A stretch of 64,000 nucleotides of DNA from Candidatus Melainabacteria bacterium. GTDB taxonomy: Bacteria; Cyanobacteriota; Vampirovibrionia; Obscuribacterales; Obscuribacteraceae. The position numbers and the translations under genes are program-made. Location of the stretch: positions 269,568 through 333,567 of the forward strand of contig QKMZ01000015.1 of assembly GCA_003242885.1 (NCBI GenBank), in the 5' to 3' direction. Each line of letters opens with the position of its first letter. Within the stretch, counting starts at the first letter, position 1. Positions 26,046 to 35,433 of the stretch are shown here, piece after piece. Below the pieces are notes generated by a model. That model worked only from the letters and a program-made list of their open reading frames with translations, was not told where the DNA came from and made no database searches.

Positions 26046-26759
26046 TCACTCTTTTAGCCTTTTCCAATTTGATTTTGCAGCTTTTTGAAAGTTGCGTACA
26101 TCTGCTTTTGATAAGCCGCTTATCTCTTCGCCGAATTCATCGTTACTCGCTTTTTCCACCGCGAAATAATGGTAAAGCAAGTAGCGAATCATTGACTGTG
26201 CTTCCGGTGGAACGGTCAGATCCAGCTGCGCGCGCTTGAGTTCTGCCTCATCGACAAAACCATTTTTGTTAACGTCCAGTTTGTCGAAGTGCGCAAGAAA
26301 TAATTCTTCTGCATTGGCAGGACCGAGTATGTCGGAAATATTTCGCAGAAGCTCCAGAGCTCGTCTTTCTGCTTCGGGATGATTGCCCGCACAGCCCATG
26401 GTTTCTGCTTCTATGGCAAGCGCTTGTTCTATTACTTCCTTTGCTTCCGGCAATGCATTGTGCCGTGCGTAAAATCCTGCCAGCTGCGTGCGTGTGAGAA
26501 ATGGCAGTGCCAGTAATTCTCTGTAAGCGGAAAGCAGCTCTGGCAGCGCGTCTTCCGGTAGATGCTTGTTGGCAGGAGAAACACCATTGCGCGATCGATC
26601 CAAGGCAGTGTTGAAGTCACGCATGTATTCCGCACGCGGCAAGCTGTCGGCGGCTTGAACAGCGCGCCTGTACTCGGCTTCCGCTTCTTGAAGATCCTTT
26701 TTCAATTCCAATTGTTTTGCGTTATTGGAATGAATATATGGGTTTGGCACATCTTCCAC
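26046..26759 (-). CDS. helical protein with a canonical EF-hand Ca-binding loop
   Basis: DVNKNGFVDEAE fits the 12-residue EF-hand loop (D-x-N-x-N-G-x-V-x-x-x-E). The rest is helical and TPR-like. Confidence 0.55.
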   Translation of the reverse strand: MEDVPNPYIHSNNAKQLELKKDLQEAEAEYRRAVQAADSLPRAEYMRDFNTALDRSRNGVSPANKHLPEDALPELLSAYRELLALPFLTRTQLAGFYARHNALPEAKEVIEQALAIEAETMGCAGNHPEAERRALELLRNISDILGPANAEELFLAHFDKLDVNKNGFVDEAELKRAQLDLTVPPEAQSMIRYLLYHYFAVEKASNDEFGEEISGLSKADVRNFQKAAKSNWKRLKE

Positions 26760-26819
26760 GCCGCCGGTCCCTCTCGATCAACCTGTAATTGACTGCGCCG
26801 GTGATTCCAGTTTTTGGGC

Positions 26820-28295
26820 TCAGCGTTTGCGTGGATTGGGCCAATTCAACTCAGCGCAAGCATCGTCGAAGCTGGTCCTCATACGGCTGCAGTACTGCAG
26901 TGCAATAGAAATTTGTTCTATTTTCATTACGCCATCGCGAAGCATTGGCACGCAGATGATGGCTGCTTCAAAGGTTTTGTCATCGAGTTTGTTGGCAGCG
27001 CCCAAGATTTTGGAAATGTCACCGCCATGTTTTTTGCGAACTTCGTTGGCTGTTTGAATGTCATTGTCAGTCAAAACTCCAGAGCGTACGAGCAAGTCGA
27101 GTGCGTCTTTTACAGACACCATTGCCTGCGCGGGGGCGCCACCACTTTGCGGCGCGCCGCCTCCGCCTGAAGATCCGGGGGCACCGTCTGCTAGTTCTTG
27201 CATAGCTACAGTAATGAATTGCTCTATAGTTTTTCCTTTGTTGTGATATCGGGCCAGCACGCGCGCTGCATCGCGCGCTGTCAGCTGTTTTTCCTCAACA
27301 AGGTCTTGCATTCTTATGGCTGCATCGAGCGATTGGCTGTTGAGCAAACCTGATTCAAGAAGAAGATTGTTGAGCGTGACATCAGTTCGTTTTGAGATTA
27401 ATCCCATATCGATGGGCATTGGACCTGGCCCGCTGGAAGGTGCCGGAGGCGGCGCTGGTGCGGGATAGCCGGGCTGGGGCGGTGGATATCCGGGTTGCGG
27501 AGGCGGATATCCAGGCTGCATTTGCGGATAGCCCGGCGGTTGCATTTGTGGTGCCGGATAGCCTGGCTGGGGGGGCGGATAGCCCGGTTGGGGCGGGGGA
27601 TAGCCTGGTGCCGGCGGCATGCCCGGATACTGTCCTGCCGGAGGCATACCAGGTTGCATCGGATATCCCGGCTGTGGCGGGTATCCTGGTTGCGGAGGCA
27701 TTGGTGGCATGGGCGGTGCCATTTGAGGCATCGGTTGCGGCACCGGAGGTGGTGGCGGAGCAGGAGGAGGCTCAGGCCTTGGCAGTGGATCCGGATATAC
27801 CGAAGACTGCGCCGGCATGCCGCTGTGAGTGCTTCTAGAAAGACTGTCGGTGACGCGTTGCTTCCAAATATCGTCCGGTTTTTTAACTTCTTCTTGTGCT
27901 TGAGCGGCAAGTGCCTCCGGGCTCGGTCTCAATTCTTCCGGAATAAATCCGCTTGATACTGGGGCCGCGCTGCCTTGACTCGTAGACATGATAATCATCT
28001 CGAGTACGAAATCGAGATCAGAGGGCGGAAATCCTTGGCTAAACAACATTGCATTGTCGCCGCCCGCTTCGTCATAAAGTGTCCAGACCGGGAAATCGCC
28101 ACCTTTTTCCCACAAAACCATAAGTAAGAAATTTCGGCCGACACCTGACCACGGCAATTCGATCGTGGTTCCCCGCCTGCGCTCGCACTCGTCAAACATA
28201 GTGCGAACCAATTTCATATTCGGCTGCTGCGGTTCGTGCGGCAGCCTCATGTTTTTGGGCGGCTCTTCCTTCTGCTGTGGTTTAGGCTTAAACAT
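26820..28295 (-). CDS. unknown N-domain + P/G/Y/Q-rich spacer + MshEN/T2SSE_N-like repeats (paralog A)
   Basis: 491 aa and a paralog of 49886..51607 at both ends. The C-terminal repeats include LNNLLLESGLLNSQSLDAAIRMQ and LVRSGVLTDNDIQTANEVRKKHGGDISKILGAAN. Confidence 0.75.
   Translation of the reverse strand: MFKPKPQQKEEPPKNMRLPHEPQQPNMKLVRTMFDECERRRGTTIELPWSGVGRNFLLMVLWEKGGDFPVWTLYDEAGGDNAMLFSQGFPPSDLDFVLEMIIMSTSQGSAAPVSSGFIPEELRPSPEALAAQAQEEVKKPDDIWKQRVTDSLSRSTHSGMPAQSSVYPDPLPRPEPPPAPPPPPVPQPMPQMAPPMPPMPPQPGYPPQPGYPMQPGMPPAGQYPGMPPAPGYPPPQPGYPPPQPGYPAPQMQPPGYPQMQPGYPPPQPGYPPPQPGYPAPAPPPAPSSGPGPMPIDMGLISKRTDVTLNNLLLESGLLNSQSLDAAIRMQDLVEEKQLTARDAARVLARYHNKGKTIEQFITVAMQELADGAPGSSGGGGAPQSGGAPAQAMVSVKDALDLLVRSGVLTDNDIQTANEVRKKHGGDISKILGAANKLDDKTFEAAIICVPMLRDGVMKIEQISIALQYCSRMRTSFDDACAELNWPNPRKR
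27414..27797 (-). repeat. coding low-complexity tandem repeat (PQPGYPP units)
   Basis: Residues about 167-294 of the 26820..28295 product are almost only P, G, Y, Q and M. This region also spawns long spurious ORFs in other frames. Confidence 0.8.
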
Positions 28296-28583
28296 AGGAA
28301 ATTTCCAAGAACCAGTTACTTATTTTAAGTACCCCTATACGGAGACTTAGTCTCAAAATAATCGCACACAGGCAGATTAATTGGTTGAGATTCCATCACC
28401 CTTTTGGGTAACTGCGCAGCGTTTCGAGCGCCTTAATAGCGCGCCTTTAAGTTTTCTTCCTGGACGTATAAACGTCACTGGCGCTCATTTTAGCTCTGTC
28501 ACGATGGAATTTTTGGGCGATGTAACCTTTCGAACACGTCTGCGTCCTTTATCGGACATCTGCGATTACATCAAACCGGCTTA

Positions 28584-29942
28584 TCAAGGGGCTTCGAAAT
28601 GTCGGTGCAATCCACTCCAGCAATCAATGTAATCGCTTTGCAAAATTCCGCCGGTCATTGCGAATTCTGTAGGCCTGTATACCAGGGAGCTTTCAAACAT
28701 GAAAGCCAGGGTGTTTTCCATTTTTTGAGGCTTCAATTCAATATTCGAAGCTTTCTCGAAAGTTGCGGCATCTGGTCCATGCGCCGACATTTGGTTATGA
28801 AGGCTGCCGCCGCCCGCGACGAAGCCTTCTTCTTTAGCATCGTAAACGCCATAAATGAGACCCATGTATTCGCTCATGCAGTTGCGATGGTAGTAGGGCG
28901 GGCGGAACGTTTTCTCTGCAACCAACCAGCGCGGAGGAAAGATGACGAAGTCTACATTGGCTGTGCCGGGGATTTCGGAAGGCGAGGTCAATACAGTGAA
29001 TATAGACGGGTCGCTGTGGTCGAAAGTGACCGTATTGACTGCGTTAAAGGTCGCCAAGTCGTATTTGTAGGGGTAATAGTTACCGTGCCATGCAACAACA
29101 TCCAATGGAGAATGCTCCATTTCTGCAGTAAACAACTTTCCTTGATATTTGGCGATCAACGTGAGCGGTCGCTCGATGTCTTCGTACGCGGCATGAGGTG
29201 CCAGAAAGTCTCTGGGATTAGCCAATCCGTTTGCGCCGATCGGTCCGAGATCGGGCAGTTTTAGTGCCGGTCCGTAATTCTCTAGAATGTAACCATCTGC
29301 GGTGCCATCCGGAAGGTCGACTTTGAATTTCACTCCTCTCGGAATGACTGCAATTTCTCCAGGCGCCAGTCCGATGGTACCGAATTCGGTGCCAAGCATT
29401 AATCGGCCGCCGCGCGGAACGATCAACAATTCACCGTCCGCGTTGTAGAAAAACGAATCAGTCATTGACTGATTGGCAGAATACAAATGCACGGCGGAGC
29501 CTCGCACACTCGCCGAATCACCATTGCCAGCAATGGTGATTATGCCTTGGACGAAATTTTTCTTTTCTTTGAGAGCCGGCAGTGGATTCCAGCGCAATTG
29601 CTCTGGGCTGATCCATTTTTCACAGTCGAAAGGGCGGCTTTCTATCAAACCTTTGTCGAAAACTTTGAATTTCGAATGCAAAACAGAAGGACGAATTCTG
29701 TACAACCAGCTGCGCTGATTCTCATGTCTCGGAGCGGTGAAAGCAGTGCCGCTCAGTTGCTCTGCGTAAAGGCCAAGGGGCGCCTTTTGCGGCGAATTTT
29801 GCCCGACAGGAAGGGCGCCGGTTTCAGCTTCCGAACTATGGTGATTTGCAAAACCGCTTAGATACTGCAAGCCTTGTTTTTGGTCGTGCATCACCGAATT
29901 CTCTGTTTCTTTAGTACGGGCAGCCTTTCCTGTAGCGGACAA
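28584..29942 (-). CDS. hmgA: homogentisate 1,2-dioxygenase
   Basis: 452 aa with full-length resemblance to HmgA, for example [36 protein letters not shown] and [16 protein letters not shown] later start at Met18 is possible. Confidence 0.9.
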   Translation of the reverse strand: MSATGKAARTKETENSVMHDQKQGLQYLSGFANHHSSEAETGALPVGQNSPQKAPLGLYAEQLSGTAFTAPRHENQRSWLYRIRPSVLHSKFKVFDKGLIESRPFDCEKWISPEQLRWNPLPALKEKKNFVQGIITIAGNGDSASVRGSAVHLYSANQSMTDSFFYNADGELLIVPRGGRLMLGTEFGTIGLAPGEIAVIPRGVKFKVDLPDGTADGYILENYGPALKLPDLGPIGANGLANPRDFLAPHAAYEDIERPLTLIAKYQGKLFTAEMEHSPLDVVAWHGNYYPYKYDLATFNAVNTVTFDHSDPSIFTVLTSPSEIPGTANVDFVIFPPRWLVAEKTFRPPYYHRNCMSEYMGLIYGVYDAKEEGFVAGGGSLHNQMSAHGPDAATFEKASNIELKPQKMENTLAFMFESSLVYRPTEFAMTGGILQSDYIDCWSGLHRHFEAP

Positions 29943-29980
29943 AGTCTTTCTCCAAGTGTCGTGTTGTGCCGAATGCTTAA

Positions 29981-30340
29981 CTACTTCGCAAAAATTGCGC
30001 GTGCTTTGGCGTCCATCTTATCTGCTTCCGGTCCGCGTCCAGCGGCACGTAGCATTTTTGCATAATTGTCGTAAATCGGGATCAATTCCTGACACGAAGG
30101 TCCTTTTACCCGAATCAAAAACTCAACGGCTTCTTTGTACATTGGCTCTGCATCAGCATATTTGCCTTGTTGACGGTAAGCATTGGCAAGTGCCGATTTG
30201 CTTTGAGCGATTTTTGGCTCGTTTGGGCTCATTGCTTCAGCTTCTTTGATAGCCAGTTTGAACTGTGCTTCAGCATCCAAAGGTTTTCCTGCCGACAATG
30301 CTTGCTGTCCGGCGATGTTGTAGCGCTCCCAAGTCGACAT
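29981..30340 (-). CDS. small TPR protein
   Basis: 119 aa, three TPR-like units ([27 protein letters not shown]...). Confidence 0.65.
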   Translation of the reverse strand: MSTWERYNIAGQQALSAGKPLDAEAQFKLAIKEAEAMSPNEPKIAQSKSALANAYRQQGKYADAEPMYKEAVEFLIRVKGPSCQELIPIYDNYAKMLRAAGRGPEADKMDAKARAIFAK

Positions 30341-30648
30341 AACAGTCCTCCTGAATGGCGGGCAGAATTTCGTTAGAAATTACTCTCTTCGCCCGATTAA
30401 GGCAAGCGCTAAAACAAAATTAGCTGGGTTGGCATTTGTCCCTAGATTCATGACATGCTCTCTGGAATACCACTTGATTATTAACTCTGGGGATGACTTC
30501 ACTAACATTTGTTTGTCATAGAGTCGTTTTCCTGAGAGATTCGCTAGACTCTTGTTGAACTTATTCGCGGAGATGGACGTTCTTTCTCAGAATTCTCTCA
30601 ATTCTCGGCATTTTTCCCAAGTTTTCCAGGTTTCATAGGACAGGCAAA

Positions 30649-31572
30649 GTGAACGCAAAGCAAAGACGGGCGCTCCTGATCGGCATTGTTGGCTTCATTG
30701 CCATCGGTGGTTTTCCCCCGTGGAAAGACACGAGTCCGGCGCCTGCGGGGACGCCGCTGCCGTTTGCGCCAATCTCCATGCCACCTGTTGTGGAAGGACA
30801 CTCCATTGAGATTGATATCACTCGACTGGCAATCATGTGGATTCTCATGGTCGTAGTCACGGCCGCTTCGATTTGGCTTGGCAAAGACTCTGAAGGCGCT
30901 TCGAAAGGTGGCGCCGGAACCATCACGTACGAGCCGATAAAAATGCCCAAGCCTTCGGCAGCCAAGTCTTCCGGCGCGCAGATACTGGAAACGCTCACCA
31001 TCGACGCAAAAGCGTCAAGCGCCAAGTCCAGTCAGACAAGTGGTCTCAAACTGAAATTTCCGGACGTCAAAGTCGGTGAGCTTCTGACAGAAAGTGAAGA
31101 CGACCCTGAATACTGGACACTAATCAGCGACGCGAAGGGGCGCCTTGAAGTGCCGCAGGGTAAGCGCTTTCAGCTAGAACTTTCGAAAGAGAGGGAAATT
31201 TCTCTGGATTTCTTGTCCAGCATGGGCAACAAAGACGCGCGCTCTGCCATTGTCTCTCTCGATCTTAGCGAAGCTGAGCTCAACAAAGACACGCTCAGCT
31301 ACTTGAAGTATTTGCCGGCTCTTGAAGAGCTTGATCTTTCCGGCACGGAAATTACCGATGAAGACCTCGACGAAATCTCCAAGCTTTCCCAATTGAAAAA
31401 GCTCTGGCTGGACGATACCAATACGTCAAAGGCTGCAGCAGAGAAGCTTTCCGGCTTGAGCAATCTGAAGAAATTGTCCATCAGTCATCTGGACGGCAAT
31501 GAGGTCGAAATTAATTCGCTCAAGTTGCGTATCCCATCTTGTGAAGTTGTTGTTAGAGAGGGCAATACTTAA
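30649..31572 (+). CDS. membrane protein with C-terminal leucine-rich repeats
   Basis: Two N-terminal hydrophobic helices. C-terminal LRR units LDLSEAELNKDTLSYLKYLPALEELDLSGTEITDEDLDEISKLSQLKKLWL. GTG start. Confidence 0.6.
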   Translation: MNAKQRRALLIGIVGFIAIGGFPPWKDTSPAPAGTPLPFAPISMPPVVEGHSIEIDITRLAIMWILMVVVTAASIWLGKDSEGASKGGAGTITYEPIKMPKPSAAKSSGAQILETLTIDAKASSAKSSQTSGLKLKFPDVKVGELLTESEDDPEYWTLISDAKGRLEVPQGKRFQLELSKEREISLDFLSSMGNKDARSAIVSLDLSEAELNKDTLSYLKYLPALEELDLSGTEITDEDLDEISKLSQLKKLWLDDTNTSKAAAEKLSGLSNLKKLSISHLDGNEVEINSLKLRIPSCEVVVREGNT

Positions 31573-31610
31573 TAGACAGAGTGTTGTTGTGATTTTCATA
31601 GGGCAATAAT

Positions 31611-33908
31611 TTGGCCACGGAGAAAAACAACGAGCCGGCGGAATTGGAAGAGCATGAGGCTGTTCCGAATACCGTCACGCCCCATTCGAGTGACGAGCCT
31701 TCCTCTGCCAACAAGTCTATGAAAGACGAGATGGAAGACACTCTTGTCGGCACGACTGTGGTTGGGCGGTACGAAGTTCAGCAGTGCTTAAGCAAACAAC
31801 AATCGAGTTCGCTCTATAAAGCCAGGCATTTGCTCATGGATAGAGCTGTTGCGATCAGGCTTTTGACCGCGACCGATATCCAGAGTTTGAAACGCTTTCA
31901 GGTTGAGGCAAAAGTCGCCAGTAGCCTTAATCACCCAAACATTATTACTGTTTTGGACTTTGGTGTTTCTAACGGGCGACCTTATCTGGTCACAGATTAT
32001 ATCGAAGGCAAAACGCTTGCGGACTTGCTTAAGCAGCACGGCAAGCTTCCTTACGCTCGTACGCTCGATATCTTTTCCCAAGTTTGTGATGCCGTCACTT
32101 ATGCGCACAAGCAAGACTTGCTTATTCGGTGCTTAAAGCCGTCGCAAATATTTGTCTATGACACGCCAGACTACAAAGACTTTGCCAAAGTTGTCGACTT
32201 TGGAATTTCGGAGCGTTTTCTGGAAGACGGTGAAGAGGTTCGCAACCTCGCCAATAAATCCGTCCTCAATGGTGACCCTCATTATCTCAGTCCGGAGTCT
32301 GTGCTGTCGGTCAAACTCGATGCTAAAAGCGATGTATTTACCATTGGTTGTCTGATGTACGAAACGCTTGTCGGCAGACCTCCCAACGAAGGTAAATCGG
32401 CTCACGAAGTTATGCATCGTCAGTTGACAAAGGTACCGCAGGCGGTGCGCGAGGCATCAGGCGGCACCGAGATACCGGAAGCCGTCGAGCGAGTTGTGAT
32501 GCGCGCGATCGAGAAAGATCCAGATCAGCGATATCCCTCTATGGAAGCCCTTTGGACTGACATAGAAGTGCTTAAGCATGGAGCAGACCAGTTAAAGCGC
32601 AGTCAGCGAAAGAAGGCAACCTCTGCGCAAACTGATCCTGCAGTCACTCGAAAGAGAACATTACGTGTGCTCGGCCTTTCTGTCTCGCTTTTCTTAGGCG
32701 TCGTTCTAGGACTAGCGATAGAACCGCTCAAAGAGTCACTTTTGCCTGGTCAGCAAAAGAAGGGACCGGAGAGAACTTCCTGGCAAGAGTTCAATCAAAA
32801 AGGGGAAGAAGCATTCCATCGTGGGGACTACCACGAGGCAGAAGCATTGTTTGGACAGGCTTTAGCCAAGTCCGGTGGATTCGAGCCAGATGATCCGCGC
32901 ATTGCAGAAACACTCAACAATCTGGGAAATCTGTATTTTAATCTCGATCTCTACCCTGAAGCTGAAAACGCCATTAAACGTGCGCTAGCGATTCGAGAGA
33001 AGTCCGGTGGCGCGAATAATCTGTCCGTTGCGGACAGTTTGAATGATCTAGGGATGATCTATCTGACAGAAGGGAAAATACCGGAGGCAAAAAAATTCAT
33101 TCAGCGTTCGTTATCGATTCGCGAGAAAGCTTTGAAGCCTGATGATGAAGACATCGCATCCAGCATGCAAGCCATGGCATCCATTTACCATAAAGAAGGC
33201 AAGCTAAAAGACTCTATGGCTGCTCTGAAGCGTGCTCTGTATATTCGAAAACGCGCGTTAGGGACACAACATTTGGACGTAGCGACTACGTACAACAGTC
33301 TCGGCATTCAACATCAAATGGCTGGTGAAAACGCTGAGGCTAGGCAGTGCTACGAACATGCCAAGCAAATAATTGAAGAGTTGTATGGCGATTCGCACCC
33401 GGCAATGGCTGATGCACTCGTGGGCATCGCTACGCTTGATTTTGTCGAGGGCAACACAAATAGGTCTGAGCAGGAATTCAACAAAGCTCTGGAAGTGAGA
33501 GAAACCGCCCTAGGCGATGAGAGTTTTCGCGTAGCGGAAGTGCTTTCATGCCTTGCAATTTTGAAAGAGCAAACTGGAAAGTTGAAGGAGGCAGAAGCGC
33601 TTTTGCGACGCGCAATAGCGATTGATGAGCAAGCTGTTGGTTTCAACAATCCTGAATCTCTGCGGGTCAATAATAATCTTGTGCGTATTTTGAAAAAACT
33701 CGGCAAGCGTGATGAAGCAAAGCGTCTTGAAAAGAAAATTGTTCAAGGCAAGAAAGCGGCAGCGATGGGACTGACCGGTAAAACCGCGCAGGGTAATAGA
33801 AACTTGCATAATGGAAAGGATTTGCCGAACAGCAAAGGCGTCTCTCCAAGTTCAGACTCAGCCAGAGACAAAAAACTCGCTGAAGAAGGCAGTGCTAGCG
33901 AAGAGTAA
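31611..33908 (+). CDS. Ser/Thr-kinase-like domain (predicted pseudokinase) - TM helix - TPR array
   Basis: - VAIRLL replaces VAIK.
- LIRCLKPSQ replaces HRDLKPxN.
- DFG, SPE and DVFTIGCLMYE are retained.
- TM segment LRVLGLSVSLFLGVVLGLAI.
- Then about seven TPR_12-type repeats.
- TTG start. Confidence 0.8.
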   Translation: MATEKNNEPAELEEHEAVPNTVTPHSSDEPSSANKSMKDEMEDTLVGTTVVGRYEVQQCLSKQQSSSLYKARHLLMDRAVAIRLLTATDIQSLKRFQVEAKVASSLNHPNIITVLDFGVSNGRPYLVTDYIEGKTLADLLKQHGKLPYARTLDIFSQVCDAVTYAHKQDLLIRCLKPSQIFVYDTPDYKDFAKVVDFGISERFLEDGEEVRNLANKSVLNGDPHYLSPESVLSVKLDAKSDVFTIGCLMYETLVGRPPNEGKSAHEVMHRQLTKVPQAVREASGGTEIPEAVERVVMRAIEKDPDQRYPSMEALWTDIEVLKHGADQLKRSQRKKATSAQTDPAVTRKRTLRVLGLSVSLFLGVVLGLAIEPLKESLLPGQQKKGPERTSWQEFNQKGEEAFHRGDYHEAEALFGQALAKSGGFEPDDPRIAETLNNLGNLYFNLDLYPEAENAIKRALAIREKSGGANNLSVADSLNDLGMIYLTEGKIPEAKKFIQRSLSIREKALKPDDEDIASSMQAMASIYHKEGKLKDSMAALKRALYIRKRALGTQHLDVATTYNSLGIQHQMAGENAEARQCYEHAKQIIEELYGDSHPAMADALVGIATLDFVEGNTNRSEQEFNKALEVRETALGDESFRVAEVLSCLAILKEQTGKLKEAEALLRRAIAIDEQAVGFNNPESLRVNNNLVRILKKLGKRDEAKRLEKKIVQGKKAAAMGLTGKTAQGNRNLHNGKDLPNSKGVSPSSDSARDKKLAEEGSASEE

Positions 33909-33967
33909 TGTTTCTGCTTCGAAAGGATTGAAACATCCGAATTAAGCAATTGGACTTTTCAAATCTG

Positions 33968-34456
33968 TTATTTCGCGTCTTCTCGCACAGTCAGGTTGAC
34001 GACAATTGCATTGCTGGCGGTGACGAGATTTTGCGGCGTGATGAGAATTTCATTGCCCCACTTGCCTGTGCCAACTCCAAGCAAAGGTTCGTCCATAAGA
34101 GCCTGGTCGAGGAAAGTTTTTACTCCGTCCTTCTGCCAGTGAAACGGTGGAATAGAGCCAATTACATAGCCTGTGAGTTCAACTACTTTCTCTGGTTTTG
34201 CCAGGGAAATATCGCGCGAACCCAGTGCTTTTTTGAGCAAACCTGAAATCGCATTCTGATCGCCGCCAACCATCACTAGCGAGCATTCCCCTTGTTTTGT
34301 TTCAAAGATAAGCGTCTTTATCATTTGCCGTTCGCGAAAACCTAGAGCATGCGCCACATTTGCAGCCCCCTTCTCAGTTGTTTCCGGAAAGCTTCGCATC
34401 TCATACTCAATATTTTTTTCGTCGAGAAAAATATGCGCAGGTAATTTTTCAGTCAT
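33968..34456 (-). CDS. YbaK/EbsC-type aminoacyl-tRNA trans-editing domain protein
   Basis: 162 aa. KTLIFE and TGYVIGSIPPF motifs match the YbaK/ProX editing-domain pattern. Confidence 0.7.
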   Translation of the reverse strand: MTEKLPAHIFLDEKNIEYEMRSFPETTEKGAANVAHALGFRERQMIKTLIFETKQGECSLVMVGGDQNAISGLLKKALGSRDISLAKPEKVVELTGYVIGSIPPFHWQKDGVKTFLDQALMDEPLLGVGTGKWGNEILITPQNLVTASNAIVVNLTVREDAK

Positions 34457-34572
34457 TTTCCTTTCCAGTGCCGATTCGTCGAAGAGCTAAATAAGTTAGT
34501 CAGCCATTATTTGTATCACTTCTGCGTCGGAAAGAAGATGTGCCGCACACAATTTTATAGAGCGCTTCCGAC

Positions 34573-35409
34573 CTATTTCTTCGACTTGGTGTTCTGGGTA
34601 TTGACCAGTTCGCGTGCTCGCTCTGCTGCTTTGATGACGGCCTTAATCAGAGTGACTCTCAACTTGCCTTCTTCCAATTCCATGAGCCCGTCGATTGTGC
34701 ATCCCGCTGGCGTGGTTACCATGTCTTTCAGAAGGGCGGGGTGAGCTTTGGAGTCCAAGACCATTTTTGCTGAACCGAGCATCGTTTGAGCGGCGAGCAA
34801 GGTCGAAACATCCCGAGGAATTCCCAGCTTCACGCCAGCTTCTGCCAGGGACTCGATGACCACGTAAAGATATGCTGGTCCACTTGCCGACAAGGCTGTC
34901 ACTCCGTCCATCAATGATTCGTCGACAAATACTGTTTCGCCAACGCATTTGAAGATTGCCTCAGCCATTTGTTTGTGTTCGTCAGTCGCACCACTGCCGG
35001 TGCACATACCAGCCATGCCAACATTCATTATTGAAGGCGTATTTGGCATGGCACGCACAACGGGAATGCCTTCTGGTAGGCGCTCTTCGACAAAGCCAGT
35101 TGTGACTGACGCTGCCACCGAAATAACTAGCTGATCCTTTGTGATGACCGACGAAATTTCTTTTAAAACATTGTCCATGTTCTGCGGTTTGACCGCTAGC
35201 AAGATGACATCTTTGCCCTTTACGGCCTGCTGATTGTCGAGCGTAGCTTCAATGTTCAACCGTTCTTTGACGCGCTTGAGAGAATCTTCGTGACCTACTG
35301 TTCCACAAACATCAGACGCGTTAATTGCGTCTTTCTTGAGCAAGCCGGAAATCAGCGCTTCACCAAGCTTGCCGACACCAATGACAGCGAGCTTTTTGTT
35401 TTTCAGCAT
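34573..35409 (-). CDS. proC: pyrroline-5-carboxylate reductase
   Basis: 278 aa. N-terminal Rossmann KLAVIGVGKLGEAL and C-terminal VTTPAGCTIDGLMELEEG, characteristic of ProC. Confidence 0.9.
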   Translation of the reverse strand: MLKNKKLAVIGVGKLGEALISGLLKKDAINASDVCGTVGHEDSLKRVKERLNIEATLDNQQAVKGKDVILLAVKPQNMDNVLKEISSVITKDQLVISVAASVTTGFVEERLPEGIPVVRAMPNTPSIMNVGMAGMCTGSGATDEHKQMAEAIFKCVGETVFVDESLMDGVTALSASGPAYLYVVIESLAEAGVKLGIPRDVSTLLAAQTMLGSAKMVLDSKAHPALLKDMVTTPAGCTIDGLMELEEGKLRVTLIKAVIKAAERARELVNTQNTKSKK

Positions 35410-35433
35410 TTGTTGTATTCCCCTTTACTCAAT

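Noticed and set aside
27392-27956. ORFs of 148, 153 and 170 aa in alternative frames and strands over the Pro-rich repeat.
   Set aside because: They are frame artefacts of the GC-rich PQPGYPP-coding tandem repeat inside 26820..28295, which is stop-poor in all frames.
28599-29264. 221-aa plus-strand ORF.
   Set aside because: It is antisense to hmgA.
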